Shown one piece after another: positions 41,401-49,515 of a stretch of DNA of 64,000 nt. The stretch's first letter is position 1; each line of letters opens with the position of its first letter. The DNA is from a virus: the IMG/VR virus record IMGVR_UViG_3300025593_000028, positions 1 to 64,000 of that record; one strand, 5' to 3'. The notes under the pieces are model-generated. The model was given only the letters and a program-made list of their open reading frames with translations, did no database searches and was not told where the DNA came from. The translations under genes were made by a program, and so were the position numbers.

Positions 41401-41896
41401 GTGGGGGGTCATCGCCCCGCTGCCGGCCTCGCCGGACGCGAACGCCGGGTTCGGGGGCGACATCTGGGCCACCCAGATGGCGATCCGAGACCTCGGGCTC
41501 AGGATCAAGCAGGGCGAATCGCAGAGCGCGCAGAAACGCGCCGAAGAATACGAAGCCTTCAACGAGGCGATGCGCGGCCTCCTCGCCGGGCGGCCGTTCC
41601 TGTCGCTGAACTTTACGAACTTCATGGGCGCGCACGCGAAGGGCGGCGTCGCGCTCGTCGGCGAGAAAGGTCCGGAGCTCGCGCACATGCCGCACGGCAC
41701 CAGGATCACCGACGCGGAAGAGACCGCGCGACTGCTCAAGCCGCAGGTCACCGTCAGCGCCGAAGGCCTCTCGGAAGAATCCGGTGGAGATGAACGCGTG
41801 TACCATGTCGACGTGACGAACAACTTCCCGACGCCGCCCGCGGATCCGCACACCTGGGCGAAGCAGCAGGAGTACGAGCTCGGAGCGCTGGCGTGA
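35495..41896 (+). CDS. tape measure protein with C-terminal lytic transglycosylase and M15-like peptidase domains
   Basis: 2133 aa, helical/Ala-rich; EAGWDPHAQNPESTAYGLAQ (SLT), HEPNSYHYKGEAVD...HKNHIH, VGEKGPEL. Confidence 0.93.
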   Translation: MPELGKATYVVEISTREAERELGRFKKTTHRATADASRDVHRLERGWEDAGLGVRRAERDVRRFNKEQERGGRKTWIWDNKLRQFSNTINALKWPAIFALGGPAIQALASLAAGAVSVSSALVSATGGVVAMGGALVQMARGASIALNGMLGLATAAGTLLLGFNGVAGALSAMMNQYGRSGQEAESSAKAQRSAMNQVHSAIERIRTSEESLAKAHVGVADAQEELHKARREAIRDLVDLRYAAEEGRLSERQAILALDEARESAAELAKRGSGATADEQRGAILSIEQAELGLRKSRTENKRSQEDLQRGERRGVRNSEGVVSARKALIEANRNVSKTERALVQSEHNLVEQQKDAAEAMNKTGRYANTLAAKMKLLPPAAKKFVHFLWGMKPKFEELQEVSAAGMFPGMEHGLTAAMGSFERLKKVIGLTAGAIGHTSEEMGRLVGSKGFGSRLQEVGESNARIMRMLGRASVSLTDAFSVLAKAGAPLNEWLGGLVKKWAEQYDAQKHAEASSGRLAKRFSMIKSIIKAVGGTIWNFGHVFLTVMEAGQHAGLGLWRSIDKWSKGLREGVESVSGRKSLSAYFERSAKALRLVGKLFMNLLGTVVNVGSASRKTGMELLRMLNHAAEGWKKWTESFHGKNEMKAYFEHTKPDVVESGRLVAALGSAIVELNQRGTVAPLLRELRVKLLPALTELIGNFTSDLAPAVINVLVELMGIVGQLSKASGGLSAAFQIIAGGLRIINGILQNPILRQLASWTLAFAALAKAGLMVREAFLGSALSQVMSRIRSIGAESSAAAGEMSAAETEKTAAVERTNAALREQEVLMSREEAVAMYGPYAGNKYADKQGLPATTWRGKYAGAKNMARGIPGRARNVGRSALGFARRNSGSIIGGGLLVGGSYAGSAVGGTAGSIIGGAATGAGLGAMFAPESLGLSIPIGAAAGALAAGIGALTSGGSSLGKAQKKLIGYARRVNQTFGEATSSAARLTEAQKRVSQAGDEEHHATKRLTKAERKLNELRHSNHKDSHAVVKAEFNVARARWSQVQALRKLHASEEVQRAGEHATRASIVKGYAATKLAIAAEEKHRKHLEERARTEGWTKEVTEKMGKTIKRITGYREKEAQLTKVAGQISDGFRKKVESMTSAQAKYGRSGVVLTDQLKEQREKLRDMKTHGLDYVGSGYQQLRDEAHKTETKLQEFLRNTSPKLAKFSETGSTHIKGLSGAFEGMSEATREALEALGVNVNKILLKLGVDKLAPPHLKHLRGRAAAEAHHHMQPGNPFTLGRQRGGHIDMGAPAGDSVPAMLEKDEYVLNRKAVRKVGVHNLDRLNFGEAPRFGFQQGGFVISEPQLSGGTKGLREAGQSGVHRATKAARHYVNKFWGGKKGIGGLQVKTGPIQQMARTLVSRTFGPGQWNSFNALEMGEAGWDPHAQNPESTAYGLAQNLYPATYPPAGRPGSRAPLLEQAKAQLQWMVRYIKERYGDPKTAYATWLGRSPHWYQRGGRVRGYQRGGRVRLQSGGQPTASASSWSGVGAGGLHTGIHNLASYVMSKFGGLSVTSTTGGEHEPNSYHYKGEAVDLANSSTSYMDKAAGWISGNLTSALTEGIHNPDLSVKYGKGVPSSYWGPETWAGHKNHIHLAVDHPWSRPSSPASGSGASAAERGFTKPKEKLPDHTTAKIPTGGVGPGKGGHAVAGYSETSVSTDKVKLPPLPKNAMGCTKQIASMRSLLNMYNTAAKQTKNEPAKRAYLENARVVRGRISALIKLRAKFIRSEKIRKITTAIKRAAAFEYWNGGELVKEGLLEQLEKKWTAAEEYAGRVTDLEPTEEADALSYIRAQEEPAYKAVLGVEGDWRNALVQAKESGTQKAGVEWPGKITDLRGKVSHQKDRIKEITEKIKEILGYKKDHPEAWEKQKGRIPGLKNERDDLRGKIEVERATMGALREAITQTYGETIPDWESMMEGVQGASGPWGVIAPLPASPDANAGFGGDIWATQMAIRDLGLRIKQGESQSAQKRAEEYEAFNEAMRGLLAGRPFLSLNFTNFMGAHAKGGVALVGEKGPELAHMPHGTRITDAEETARLLKPQVTVSAEGLSEESGGDERVYHVDVTNNFPTPPADPHTWAKQQEYELGALA

Positions 41897-42711
41897 GTGA
41901 CCTCGGCGTAGACTACGGCGTGCCCTTCGTGCTCGAAGGGCCAGACGGCACCCGAGCCGTCTTCAACGACGACTCAGACGAAGACTACGTCGGGATCCTC
42001 GGGGAGGAATCCTCGGGGCTCGACTCGGCGGAAGTGCGTGAAAACGCTCAGGACGCGACCGAAGCGGACGGCGGCGTGCACGGCAACTTCTACTACGGCC
42101 GGCGCCCGGTGATCCTCGCGGGCACCGTCGTGGCCGACTCGCTGTCGGATCGCAGGTCGAAGATCACCAAGCTGAAACGCGCGTCGAACGCGCTCAGGGA
42201 AGACTCCTCGCTGACGTGGGAACCGCCGAGCGGCCCAGAAGTCGCGCTGTCGCTGCGCCGGCAGCAGCCAATACGCGTGACGGGCGGCGTGGTGAAGAGC
42301 TTCCAGGTGCCGCTAGTCTCAGCTAGCGCGTTCATCGAGAGCGTGGCGACCCACACGAAAGAATTCGCCGAAAACAAAGTCGCGTTCTCGGTGGAAAACG
42401 CGGGCGACGCGGAAGCGGCCCCCACGGTCGTGCTCGACGGCCCCATGACGAACCCGAGCATCATCAACAAAACCACCGGCAAGACGCTGAAGATCTCAGA
42501 ATCGTGGCTCAAAGAAGAAACAGTCACGATCGACTTCAAGAACCACTCCATCAGCTTCAACGGAGAAGAAGACTACAACCTCTTGAACTTCTCGGAAAGC
42601 ACCTGGTGGAAGCTCGCTCCCGGATCGAACTCGATAGAAGTCTCGGCGTCTGTGTTCCTGCCAGGAGAAGGGGCGAAGATCACCGTGGAATGGAAGGACG
42701 CCTGGGTCTGA
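41893..42711 (+). CDS. distal tail protein (Dit)
   Basis: DGG...YYGRRPV, NAGDAEAAP...GP..NP, WWKLAPGSNSI, WKDAW. Confidence 0.85.
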   Translation: MSDLGVDYGVPFVLEGPDGTRAVFNDDSDEDYVGILGEESSGLDSAEVRENAQDATEADGGVHGNFYYGRRPVILAGTVVADSLSDRRSKITKLKRASNALREDSSLTWEPPSGPEVALSLRRQQPIRVTGGVVKSFQVPLVSASAFIESVATHTKEFAENKVAFSVENAGDAEAAPTVVLDGPMTNPSIINKTTGKTLKISESWLKEETVTIDFKNHSISFNGEEDYNLLNFSESTWWKLAPGSNSIEVSASVFLPGEGAKITVEWKDAWV

Positions 42712-43925
42712 TGTGGACGTTCATCTTGACCAAACTCGACTGCACGAAGATCGGGGAGGTGCTGAACGCCAGCGAGCGATCGCTAGAGCTCAGGCTCAAC
42801 GGTGCATCCACGGCATCTTTCACAATCAGATCTGACAGCGACCTCATCCCGAATCTGTTCGGGGAAGACACGCTGCTGCAGGTGTGGCAAGACAAGACGA
42901 TCAGGTTCCACGGCTTCGTAGTCTCCACGCAGATGTCCGGCACCGAAGAGCAGGGCCTGACTGTGTCTGTTAACGCGATTGATCCCGCTTGGAGGCTCAG
43001 CAAGCGAGTGATGGACCCAGACGGAGAAGGGTTGAACTATGAAGGACAGCCGTCCTTCATCGCAGCTGCCATCATCGATCGTCTAAACCACGACAGCGAA
43101 GAGTACCCAGACCGTAGAGACACAAGAATCAGCGTGAGCGGCGGGGCGCTGTCAGAAACTCCGCCAAGCATTCCTTACCAGGTGCTACCGTTCGACACAG
43201 CCCTCAAGGGAGTGACAGATATGGCGCACCAGATCGGAGGCTTCGATTGGAGGATCGCGCCACTAGAGGGTGAACTTGATACAAGCAGCAGAATCACTGG
43301 TACTTCAGCTCAGCTAGGTGTAGAACCACCGATCACTGACGGAGGAGAGGAAGGAGAACTTCTAAAGATCGGTTACTTTTCTGCATTGAGTCACAGCTAT
43401 CCGACCTTCGAAAAGTCAGAAACTGTGTTCTTCGAGCATGGGTTTGGTAAGCATAACATCTCGTCGATCAACTATAAGCGCGATCTAGAAGACATGGTGA
43501 ACAAGGCGTACCACCTTCCCGACGAGGGTCTTGTCGCAGAAGGTGGTCACGCAAAGAACGTGCTCTTCAAGCGCGACCTCACCGCGATGTGGGAACACAG
43601 TGGTCTGTTCGAAGAAGTAGCGGATGCACCCGGGTTGAACAGCGATGACCTGCGCAACGCGTGGTTGGAAGAAGTGATCAGGGTGAAAAAGAACCCGCGC
43701 TACGTAGTAGATGCCACCCTCAGGACCGATGACGGCACCGGCCAGGTACCGTCGATCGGAGACGATTTCTTCCTCGGGGACCGAGTTACGATCAGATCCA
43801 AGATCGCCGACAGAGCTCTGTTCTCGGGAGTCGTGCGTGTGTACAGCATCTCTGTATCGCTCGACGAAAGCGGCAATGCAGAAGTATCGCCGACATTCCT
43901 CGACGAAGAAGGCAGCAGCCTCTAA
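42711..43925 (+). CDS. minor tail / baseplate hub protein
   Basis: Follows Dit; LNGASTASF, GFDW, DFFLGDRV. Confidence 0.75.
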   Translation: MWTFILTKLDCTKIGEVLNASERSLELRLNGASTASFTIRSDSDLIPNLFGEDTLLQVWQDKTIRFHGFVVSTQMSGTEEQGLTVSVNAIDPAWRLSKRVMDPDGEGLNYEGQPSFIAAAIIDRLNHDSEEYPDRRDTRISVSGGALSETPPSIPYQVLPFDTALKGVTDMAHQIGGFDWRIAPLEGELDTSSRITGTSAQLGVEPPITDGGEEGELLKIGYFSALSHSYPTFEKSETVFFEHGFGKHNISSINYKRDLEDMVNKAYHLPDEGLVAEGGHAKNVLFKRDLTAMWEHSGLFEEVADAPGLNSDDLRNAWLEEVIRVKKNPRYVVDATLRTDDGTGQVPSIGDDFFLGDRVTIRSKIADRALFSGVVRVYSISVSLDESGNAEVSPTFLDEEGSSL

Positions 43926-46330
43926 TGCCCAGGGATCCGAAGGACATCACAGCAAGTGGTCCGAGGAAGCGAGCACGCAAGATCGCTATCCTCGGAGACA
44001 AAGTGTTCCCATCGAACGGCGGGCACTTCACCACGAACTACATTATCACCGGCAAAAACGTAGACGAAGAAACGCTATCCGGAAGCCACATCGTCACGGA
44101 AACGTTGGACGCTAGGACGATCGCTGCGAACGCGATCACGGCGGGCAAGATCGAAGCCGGGGCTATCACCGCCGAAAAAATCGCCGCCAACGCGGTGCTA
44201 GCAGAAAACATCTTCGCTGGAGCGGTGACCACCGAAAAACTTGCGGCGGGGGCGGTCACCGCCGAAAAGATCGCCGCAGGCACCATCGTCGCGGCCAACA
44301 TCGAAGCCGGGACGATCACAGCCGAACTGATCGCAGCAGAAGCGATCACCACCGAAAAGCTCTTCGCCGAAGCCGTGGTCGCGTCGAAGATCGCCGCGGG
44401 TGCGATCACCGCCGGGAAGATCTCTGCGGGATCGATCGAAACCTCGCACCTGAAAGCCGAAGCGGTCACCGCAGAAAAGATCAAAGCCGACTCGATCACG
44501 GCCGGGCAGATCGCAGCGGAAGCGATCACGACCTCCGAGTTGGCCGCCAACTCGGTCACCTCCGCGAAGATCGCGGCGGCGACCATCACCGGCAGCGACA
44601 TCGCAGCCTCGACGGTGACGGCGACCAACATCACGATCACCGAACTGTCCGCACTGAGCGCCGACCTCGGTACGATCACGGCCGGCACCGTCACGGGCGC
44701 AACGCTGCGCACCGCAGAATCCGGCACCCGCTGGGAAGTCAATACAGAAGCGATGCGTGCGTACAGCGGCGCCACTCCCGTGCTGGACTTCGACCTCGAA
44801 ACCGGAAACCTAAAAATCAAGGGGACCATCGAAGAAGGGTCCACGATCCCGGCCGGCTCGATCACCGGGGTGCTCACGAGCGAACAGATCGAATCGCTCG
44901 AAGCCGCGAAGATCACCGGCAAGCTCACGGGCGCACAAGTCAATGTGCCTAGCTTGATTTTCGACATCGTCGCCGCAGTGCCCGCCGAAGGCCAGGCCGC
45001 GATGAGTGAAGAAACAGCCGAACCGTATGAATGGCGGCTGAAACCCAGCGAAGCGAAATATCTCGCGATCCGCGACATCGACAAGTCTGGCAGGGAACTC
45101 GACGCGCTGTTCCAGCAGTTCGCATCCTCGGGTGAACCGTTCAAGGCACAGATATTGCTAACCAGTGCGTCTGATCCATCACGCTATGCACTATTCAACG
45201 TCAAAGGCAAAACCGAAAACATTGGTTCGCTGTATTACCGCTGGGAAATCGAATTATCCAAAGGCGTGGCAGAATTCGAATCTGGCGAGGAACTCTACTT
45301 CGAATTGAAGTCGGGGGCCGTTGTAGCTGAATCAATCACCGCCGGATACGTCGCAGCGGGGGCCATCACCACCGCGAAGCTGACGGCCTCCGCTGTCACC
45401 GCAGAAAAGATCGCCGCGAGCGCAGTCGAAGCGTCGAAGATCAAAGCCGAAGCGGTGGAAGCCTCCAAGATCAAATCGGAAGCCATCGAAACGTCGAAGT
45501 TGAAGGCCAACGCCGTGACGGCCGCCAAGATCGCGGCCTCCACCATCACCGCGACGCAGATCGCCGGGGAAACGATTACCGGCGCGAAGATCGCGGCTGG
45601 GACTATCACCGCCGCGAAGCTGTCCGTCGAAACCCTCTCCGCCATCAGCGCCAACCTGGGGACGGTTACTGCTGGGACGATCAAATCTGTGAACATAGAA
45701 GGCGGCAGTATCACCGGCGCGGCAATCCAGATCGACGCCGCGAGCAGTGAAGGCGTAGGAGAAGGCAGCAACAAACTTCGCTGGATGGATGGCGCACTCG
45801 CGCGCGGTGAACTTTACACTTTCTCCAGCGGCTTTGGACTGAGCCACCTACAGATCAGGACTAACACTAGCGGTGGTACCTACGAGACGCTGATGCGTAA
45901 CATTGCTAATCCTACTGCGGCCGAAGCGTGGATCGACTTCAGCGCGAACAATAATCCGCGCACAATCGTCAATCAGAGCGGCGGGTCAACCTTCGTCCAA
46001 GTCAGCACCAATCCGGGATACGTCGGTAACAATTACAGCAGCGCACCACAGGTCGGCATGATCTGGGGCAAAATCGGCCCGAGCGGCGAAAAGATTGATG
46101 GCTTGACCGAATTTTTCACAGTTAGTCACACCACGACCGGGCGCTACACGATCAGCTTCGTCGCCCCGTTTAAGACTTCCCCGGTTATTATGCTCACGCG
46201 GTCTGGCGGGGAAGGGCAGTACGGCTTCAGCACCTACGGGGCGTTGACCAAAGAATCGTTCGCTGCGTATATTCGTAACTCAGGTGGCACGCTCGCCAAC
46301 GAATATTGGGCGTTCATTGCAATCGGATAA
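43925..46330 (+). CDS. tail fibre / host-specificity protein with 10-residue ITAxKIAAxA repeats
   Basis: Two blocks of repeats plus a C-terminal beta domain (TGRYTISF...F...P). Confidence 0.85.
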   Translation: MPRDPKDITASGPRKRARKIAILGDKVFPSNGGHFTTNYIITGKNVDEETLSGSHIVTETLDARTIAANAITAGKIEAGAITAEKIAANAVLAENIFAGAVTTEKLAAGAVTAEKIAAGTIVAANIEAGTITAELIAAEAITTEKLFAEAVVASKIAAGAITAGKISAGSIETSHLKAEAVTAEKIKADSITAGQIAAEAITTSELAANSVTSAKIAAATITGSDIAASTVTATNITITELSALSADLGTITAGTVTGATLRTAESGTRWEVNTEAMRAYSGATPVLDFDLETGNLKIKGTIEEGSTIPAGSITGVLTSEQIESLEAAKITGKLTGAQVNVPSLIFDIVAAVPAEGQAAMSEETAEPYEWRLKPSEAKYLAIRDIDKSGRELDALFQQFASSGEPFKAQILLTSASDPSRYALFNVKGKTENIGSLYYRWEIELSKGVAEFESGEELYFELKSGAVVAESITAGYVAAGAITTAKLTASAVTAEKIAASAVEASKIKAEAVEASKIKSEAIETSKLKANAVTAAKIAASTITATQIAGETITGAKIAAGTITAAKLSVETLSAISANLGTVTAGTIKSVNIEGGSITGAAIQIDAASSEGVGEGSNKLRWMDGALARGELYTFSSGFGLSHLQIRTNTSGGTYETLMRNIANPTAAEAWIDFSANNNPRTIVNQSGGSTFVQVSTNPGYVGNNYSSAPQVGMIWGKIGPSGEKIDGLTEFFTVSHTTTGRYTISFVAPFKTSPVIMLTRSGGEGQYGFSTYGALTKESFAAYIRNSGGTLANEYWAFIAIG

Positions 46331-46406
46331 TAAGAAACGCGACTAGACTTGCCCCACAACCCCACATCGTGTAGAATCTACCAACCCAACAGTCTAAGGA
46401 GGACAC

Positions 46407-46622
46407 ATGGCAGCACGGCCTAAGAAGAAACCCAAGCCCAAGAGCAGTGACAAGTCTACCGGAGCCCAAGAAGAGCAGACCCCCGACGGGGTGCTTGTGG
46501 TCGTAGACGACGGGGGCCAGCTGCAGGCGCAGCCGGTCGGCGACGTCAAGCCCGCAGAGGTGCCGACGATTCTCCGCGTAGCTGCCAAAGGCGTCGAGGA
46601 CGCGATGATCGACGCGGGCTAG
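46407..46622 (+). CDS. hypothetical protein
   Basis: AAGGAGG RBS; TAGAAT promoter upstream. Confidence 0.65.
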   Translation: MAARPKKKPKPKSSDKSTGAQEEQTPDGVLVVVDDGGQLQAQPVGDVKPAEVPTILRVAAKGVEDAMIDAG

Positions 46623-46682
46623 GACTGGCTTCCAGTCCCATCTCGGGTAAGATCTACGAGTGAGCAAGAACCAAGGAGGATC

Positions 46683-47012
46683 ATGAGCCTAGCTCAGTAT
46701 CGCAAGCTCGCGGTCTCGGTGGTGTCGTTCGGGGCGGCTGCGGTCGCGCTGTTCATCACCACTGACCCGGGGCTGAACGCAGCGCTCGTGTCCCTCGTCG
46801 GCGCCGGTTTCGGCGTCGTGGCGGTATTCGCCGCGAAGAACCACACGCCAGACGACCTCTCGAAGGCCGTCGCGCAGCTGCAGGGCGCCGCCCTGTCGGT
46901 GGCTGGCTTCTTCGTGACGGTCCCCACCACGCTGCCCGAGAAGCTGGCCGTGCTGTCTGCGGCCGCGGTCTCGGTCATCGGCGTCTACTGGGCGAGGAAC
47001 GAACCGTCGTGA
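46683..47012 (+). CDS. holin
   Basis: Four hydrophobic helices; YRKLAV N-terminus; adjacent to endolysins. Confidence 0.75.
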   Translation: MSLAQYRKLAVSVVSFGAAAVALFITTDPGLNAALVSLVGAGFGVVAVFAAKNHTPDDLSKAVAQLQGAALSVAGFFVTVPTTLPEKLAVLSAAAVSVIGVYWARNEPS

Positions 47013-47191
47013 GTGGACGGGGGTGCCCGAGCGGATGCCTGGGCACCCCCGTCGCTCGCTTCGATGCCCCGCGCAGGAGGCTCCACTTCTCGGTGCTCTG
47101 CGACAAGTGCGGCCACAGACTGAGCACGCCGGCCCCGCCCCAGGACTACTCGCCGGACCCGAAGCTCGGCCCAGGGATCAGCAGACCATAG
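47009..47191 (+). CDS. small Zn-ribbon protein
   Basis: CPSGC...CDKC. Confidence 0.5.
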   Translation: MSGRGCPSGCLGTPVARFDAPRRRLHFSVLCDKCGHRLSTPAPPQDYSPDPKLGPGISRP

Positions 47192-47201
47192 GATCTGCTC
47201 G

Positions 47202-47840
47202 ATGGCCACGAACGGTCGCCTGAGCAAGTCCGAACTCGCCCCGATCCCCGGGGGAGAACTGCGCAAGGACGCGGCAGCGGCTTGGAACGCCCCAGGCGGG
47301 CCCGCAGACGCCGGCCTGCGCCCGACCGGGTCGATGTCGAGCTACAGGACCTACGACGAGCAGGTCTACCTCTACAAGCTCTACCTGGAAGGGAAGGGCG
47401 CGCTCGCAGCCGTGCCGGGCACGTCGAACCACGGCTGGGGAGTCGCCGTGGATCTCGCCGAGCCGTGGATGCGCGACTGGATCGACCAGCACGGCGCCAG
47501 GTACGGCTGGAAGAAGACCGAAGCTCTCAGCGAGTGGTGGCACGTGAACTACGTCGGAGGGGTGCACTTCCCGACGTTCAGGCCCCTGTCTTACCCGCGG
47601 TCGCGCGGGCGCAGGGTCGTGCGCTACACGAAACGACTGAAGTTCATCCGCAAGCGCAACGGACAGCGCTACATCAAGCGCTGGTACTGGCGCTTCAAGA
47701 AGCCCGTCCGCTGGGCCGTGAAGGACTTCCAGCGCGACCACGGGCTCAAGGATGACGGGGTGATCGGGGCCAAGACAGGATCTAAGATCGACGCTGTGTT
47801 CCGCCGTCAGTGGCGACGCAGGAAGGTGGGGAAGCGGTGA
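47202..47840 (+). CDS. endolysin: M15 (VanY-like) peptidase + peptidoglycan-binding domain
   Basis: SYRTYDEQ, PGTSNHGWGVAVD, EWWH; AVKDFQRDHGLKDDGVIGAKT. Confidence 0.9.
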   Translation: MATNGRLSKSELAPIPGGELRKDAAAAWNAPGGPADAGLRPTGSMSSYRTYDEQVYLYKLYLEGKGALAAVPGTSNHGWGVAVDLAEPWMRDWIDQHGARYGWKKTEALSEWWHVNYVGGVHFPTFRPLSYPRSRGRRVVRYTKRLKFIRKRNGQRYIKRWYWRFKKPVRWAVKDFQRDHGLKDDGVIGAKTGSKIDAVFRRQWRRRKVGKR

Positions 47841-48460
47841 ACAAGCAGGTCAGGGAGCTGGAGGCCGAGTGGGAGAAGCTCGCGAGCGCGCGCAAGCGCC
47901 AGCTAGAGCTCTACAAGAAGACCGGCCTCCGCGGGCACGCGAGGCTGGCCGCCGAGATCGGCAAGAAGATGAAGAGGGTCCGCACCAAGATCAAGAAGGC
48001 GGAAGAGATGCCCACCTGGAAGCTCGCGTGGGCCGCGCGGTTCGTCGCCAAGTGGGAGGGACTGCTGCTCACCTCGTACCTAGACACGATCGCCTCGCCG
48101 CCGGTCTGGACCATCGGCTACGGGCACACCGGGCCAGACGTGGGCCCGGGGCAGAAGATCTCGAAGGCACGCGCGCTGGTCCTCCTGACGCGGGACCTGC
48201 GCACCGCCGCACGGGCCGTCGCCCGCGACGTCAGCGTGCCGCTCACTACGCGCCAGCGGATCGCGCTCATCTCGATCTACTTCAACGTCGGAGCAGGGGC
48301 GATGGGCGCGTCGACGCTGGTGCGGAAGCTGAACGCGAAGGACTATCACGGGGCCGCGGACGAGTTCCTGCAGTGGGACCACGCAGGCGGGGTAGTCGTC
48401 CAAGGCCTCCTGAACAGGCGCCGGGCGGAGCGCTGGATGTTCCTGCATTCTGGCCGCTAA
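47837..48460 (+). CDS. endolysin: GH24 (T4/P21-like) lysozyme with basic N-terminal extension
   Basis: WEG...YLD...VWTIGYGHT, FNVG, GLLNRRRAE. Confidence 0.9.
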   Translation: MNKQVRELEAEWEKLASARKRQLELYKKTGLRGHARLAAEIGKKMKRVRTKIKKAEEMPTWKLAWAARFVAKWEGLLLTSYLDTIASPPVWTIGYGHTGPDVGPGQKISKARALVLLTRDLRTAARAVARDVSVPLTTRQRIALISIYFNVGAGAMGASTLVRKLNAKDYHGAADEFLQWDHAGGVVVQGLLNRRRAERWMFLHSGR

Positions 48461-48595
48461 ACCGTGGTCTAGCCTGGGTGCTCACGAGAGGGCATAGAAC
48501 CGGCTGAGTCCCGGTCCTTGAGCCTCTCTCGGGCCCAGTGGCTCCGCGGATGTGGTATAGTGTAGCCCACGGAGGCTAGACTAGGAGGGAGAGGC

Positions 48596-48805
48596 TTGAA
48601 CTGCAAGGCCCACTGCCGATCGTGCGGGAGGCACTTCACGAGCACGTCGGCGTTCGATAGGCACAGGACGGGGCCCTGGGACGATCGGTCTTGCGCGGAC
48701 CCGTCGTCCGTAGACCGGCTCTACGAGTACGAGGGGGAGTGCGACCTCAAGCGAGGAGATCCGGACCCGGAGGCGGCCGTCTGGTCGACGAAGAAGCCCG
48801 GGTGA
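48596..48805 (+). CDS. FDXHR-type zinc-binding protein
   Basis: HCRSCGRHFTSTSAFDRHR...C; TG-G-TATAGT promoter upstream. Confidence 0.75.
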   Translation: MNCKAHCRSCGRHFTSTSAFDRHRTGPWDDRSCADPSSVDRLYEYEGECDLKRGDPDPEAAVWSTKKPG

Positions 48806-49455
48806 GCACCAAGACAGACCCGATGCTGCTGCCCCCCGAGGCACCGAGCATCTCTGATTTCCAGCGATCTAAGGTGCTCTCCGCTGAGGCCTCCATCTCG
48901 GGCGACTCACCGCCGGCTCCTACCGGCCTAGCGGAGGAGGCCTGCGCCCGCGCGTCCGAGCTGGGCGGCGGCCTGCTCTCGCTCGAGCAGGTCGACGGTG
49001 CTGACGTGGTCTACGTGCGCGAGTCGGACAACAGGAGCCGGCTCGAGGTGGGCCGCGAGGCAGCCGCGCACGCCCTGCTGAGGGGGTCCTCGCACCACCT
49101 GGTGCATCCCGTCTTCCCTCCCCACGGCGTCGAGTGGGTATCTAGGTTCCTGGGCTCGCTCAGGGCGCACGGGGACGACGACGCGGCGCTCGAGTACGAA
49201 GCTGCGTATCGAGAGCTCGAAGTGCACACGGACCCGGCGGTCCGCGTGCGCCGCGCACGCAAGTCAGCGCTCGGCGCCGTGAACAAGGAGCGCGGCGTGC
49301 TCGCGAGGATCATCGCAGACGACCGGCCAGAATCCGTCGTGTGCCAGATGCTGGAGGTGGCCGACGGAGCTCTGAGGATCTACGACTCTTCCGGCGAGCG
49401 ATCCGTGGACCTGCCGAGGCTGCGCTACCTGGCGTACAGGCTGTCAGAGGGGTAG
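48802..49455 (+). CDS. hypothetical protein
   Basis: GTGA overlap; HHL...PPHGVEW. Confidence 0.6.
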   Translation: MSTKTDPMLLPPEAPSISDFQRSKVLSAEASISGDSPPAPTGLAEEACARASELGGGLLSLEQVDGADVVYVRESDNRSRLEVGREAAAHALLRGSSHHLVHPVFPPHGVEWVSRFLGSLRAHGDDDAALEYEAAYRELEVHTDPAVRVRRARKSALGAVNKERGVLARIIADDRPESVVCQMLEVADGALRIYDSSGERSVDLPRLRYLAYRLSEG

Positions 49456-49515
49456 CGGCAAGGGGGTCGGACCCCCCTGGAAGCCCCTCCCCGAGGGGGT
49501 TGTACCATCTAGGGA

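Noticed and set aside
35518-41853. Long antisense and alternate-frame ORFs (e.g. 35518-37422, 37565-38656, 49684-50958, 756-1829)
   Set aside because: Shadow ORFs expected in high-GC DNA; Arg/Pro/Ser-rich with no motifs, and overlapping well-supported genes
43925-46330. Diversity-generating retroelement target in the fibre C-terminus
   Set aside because: No reverse transcriptase and no TR/VR repeat pair seen in the window
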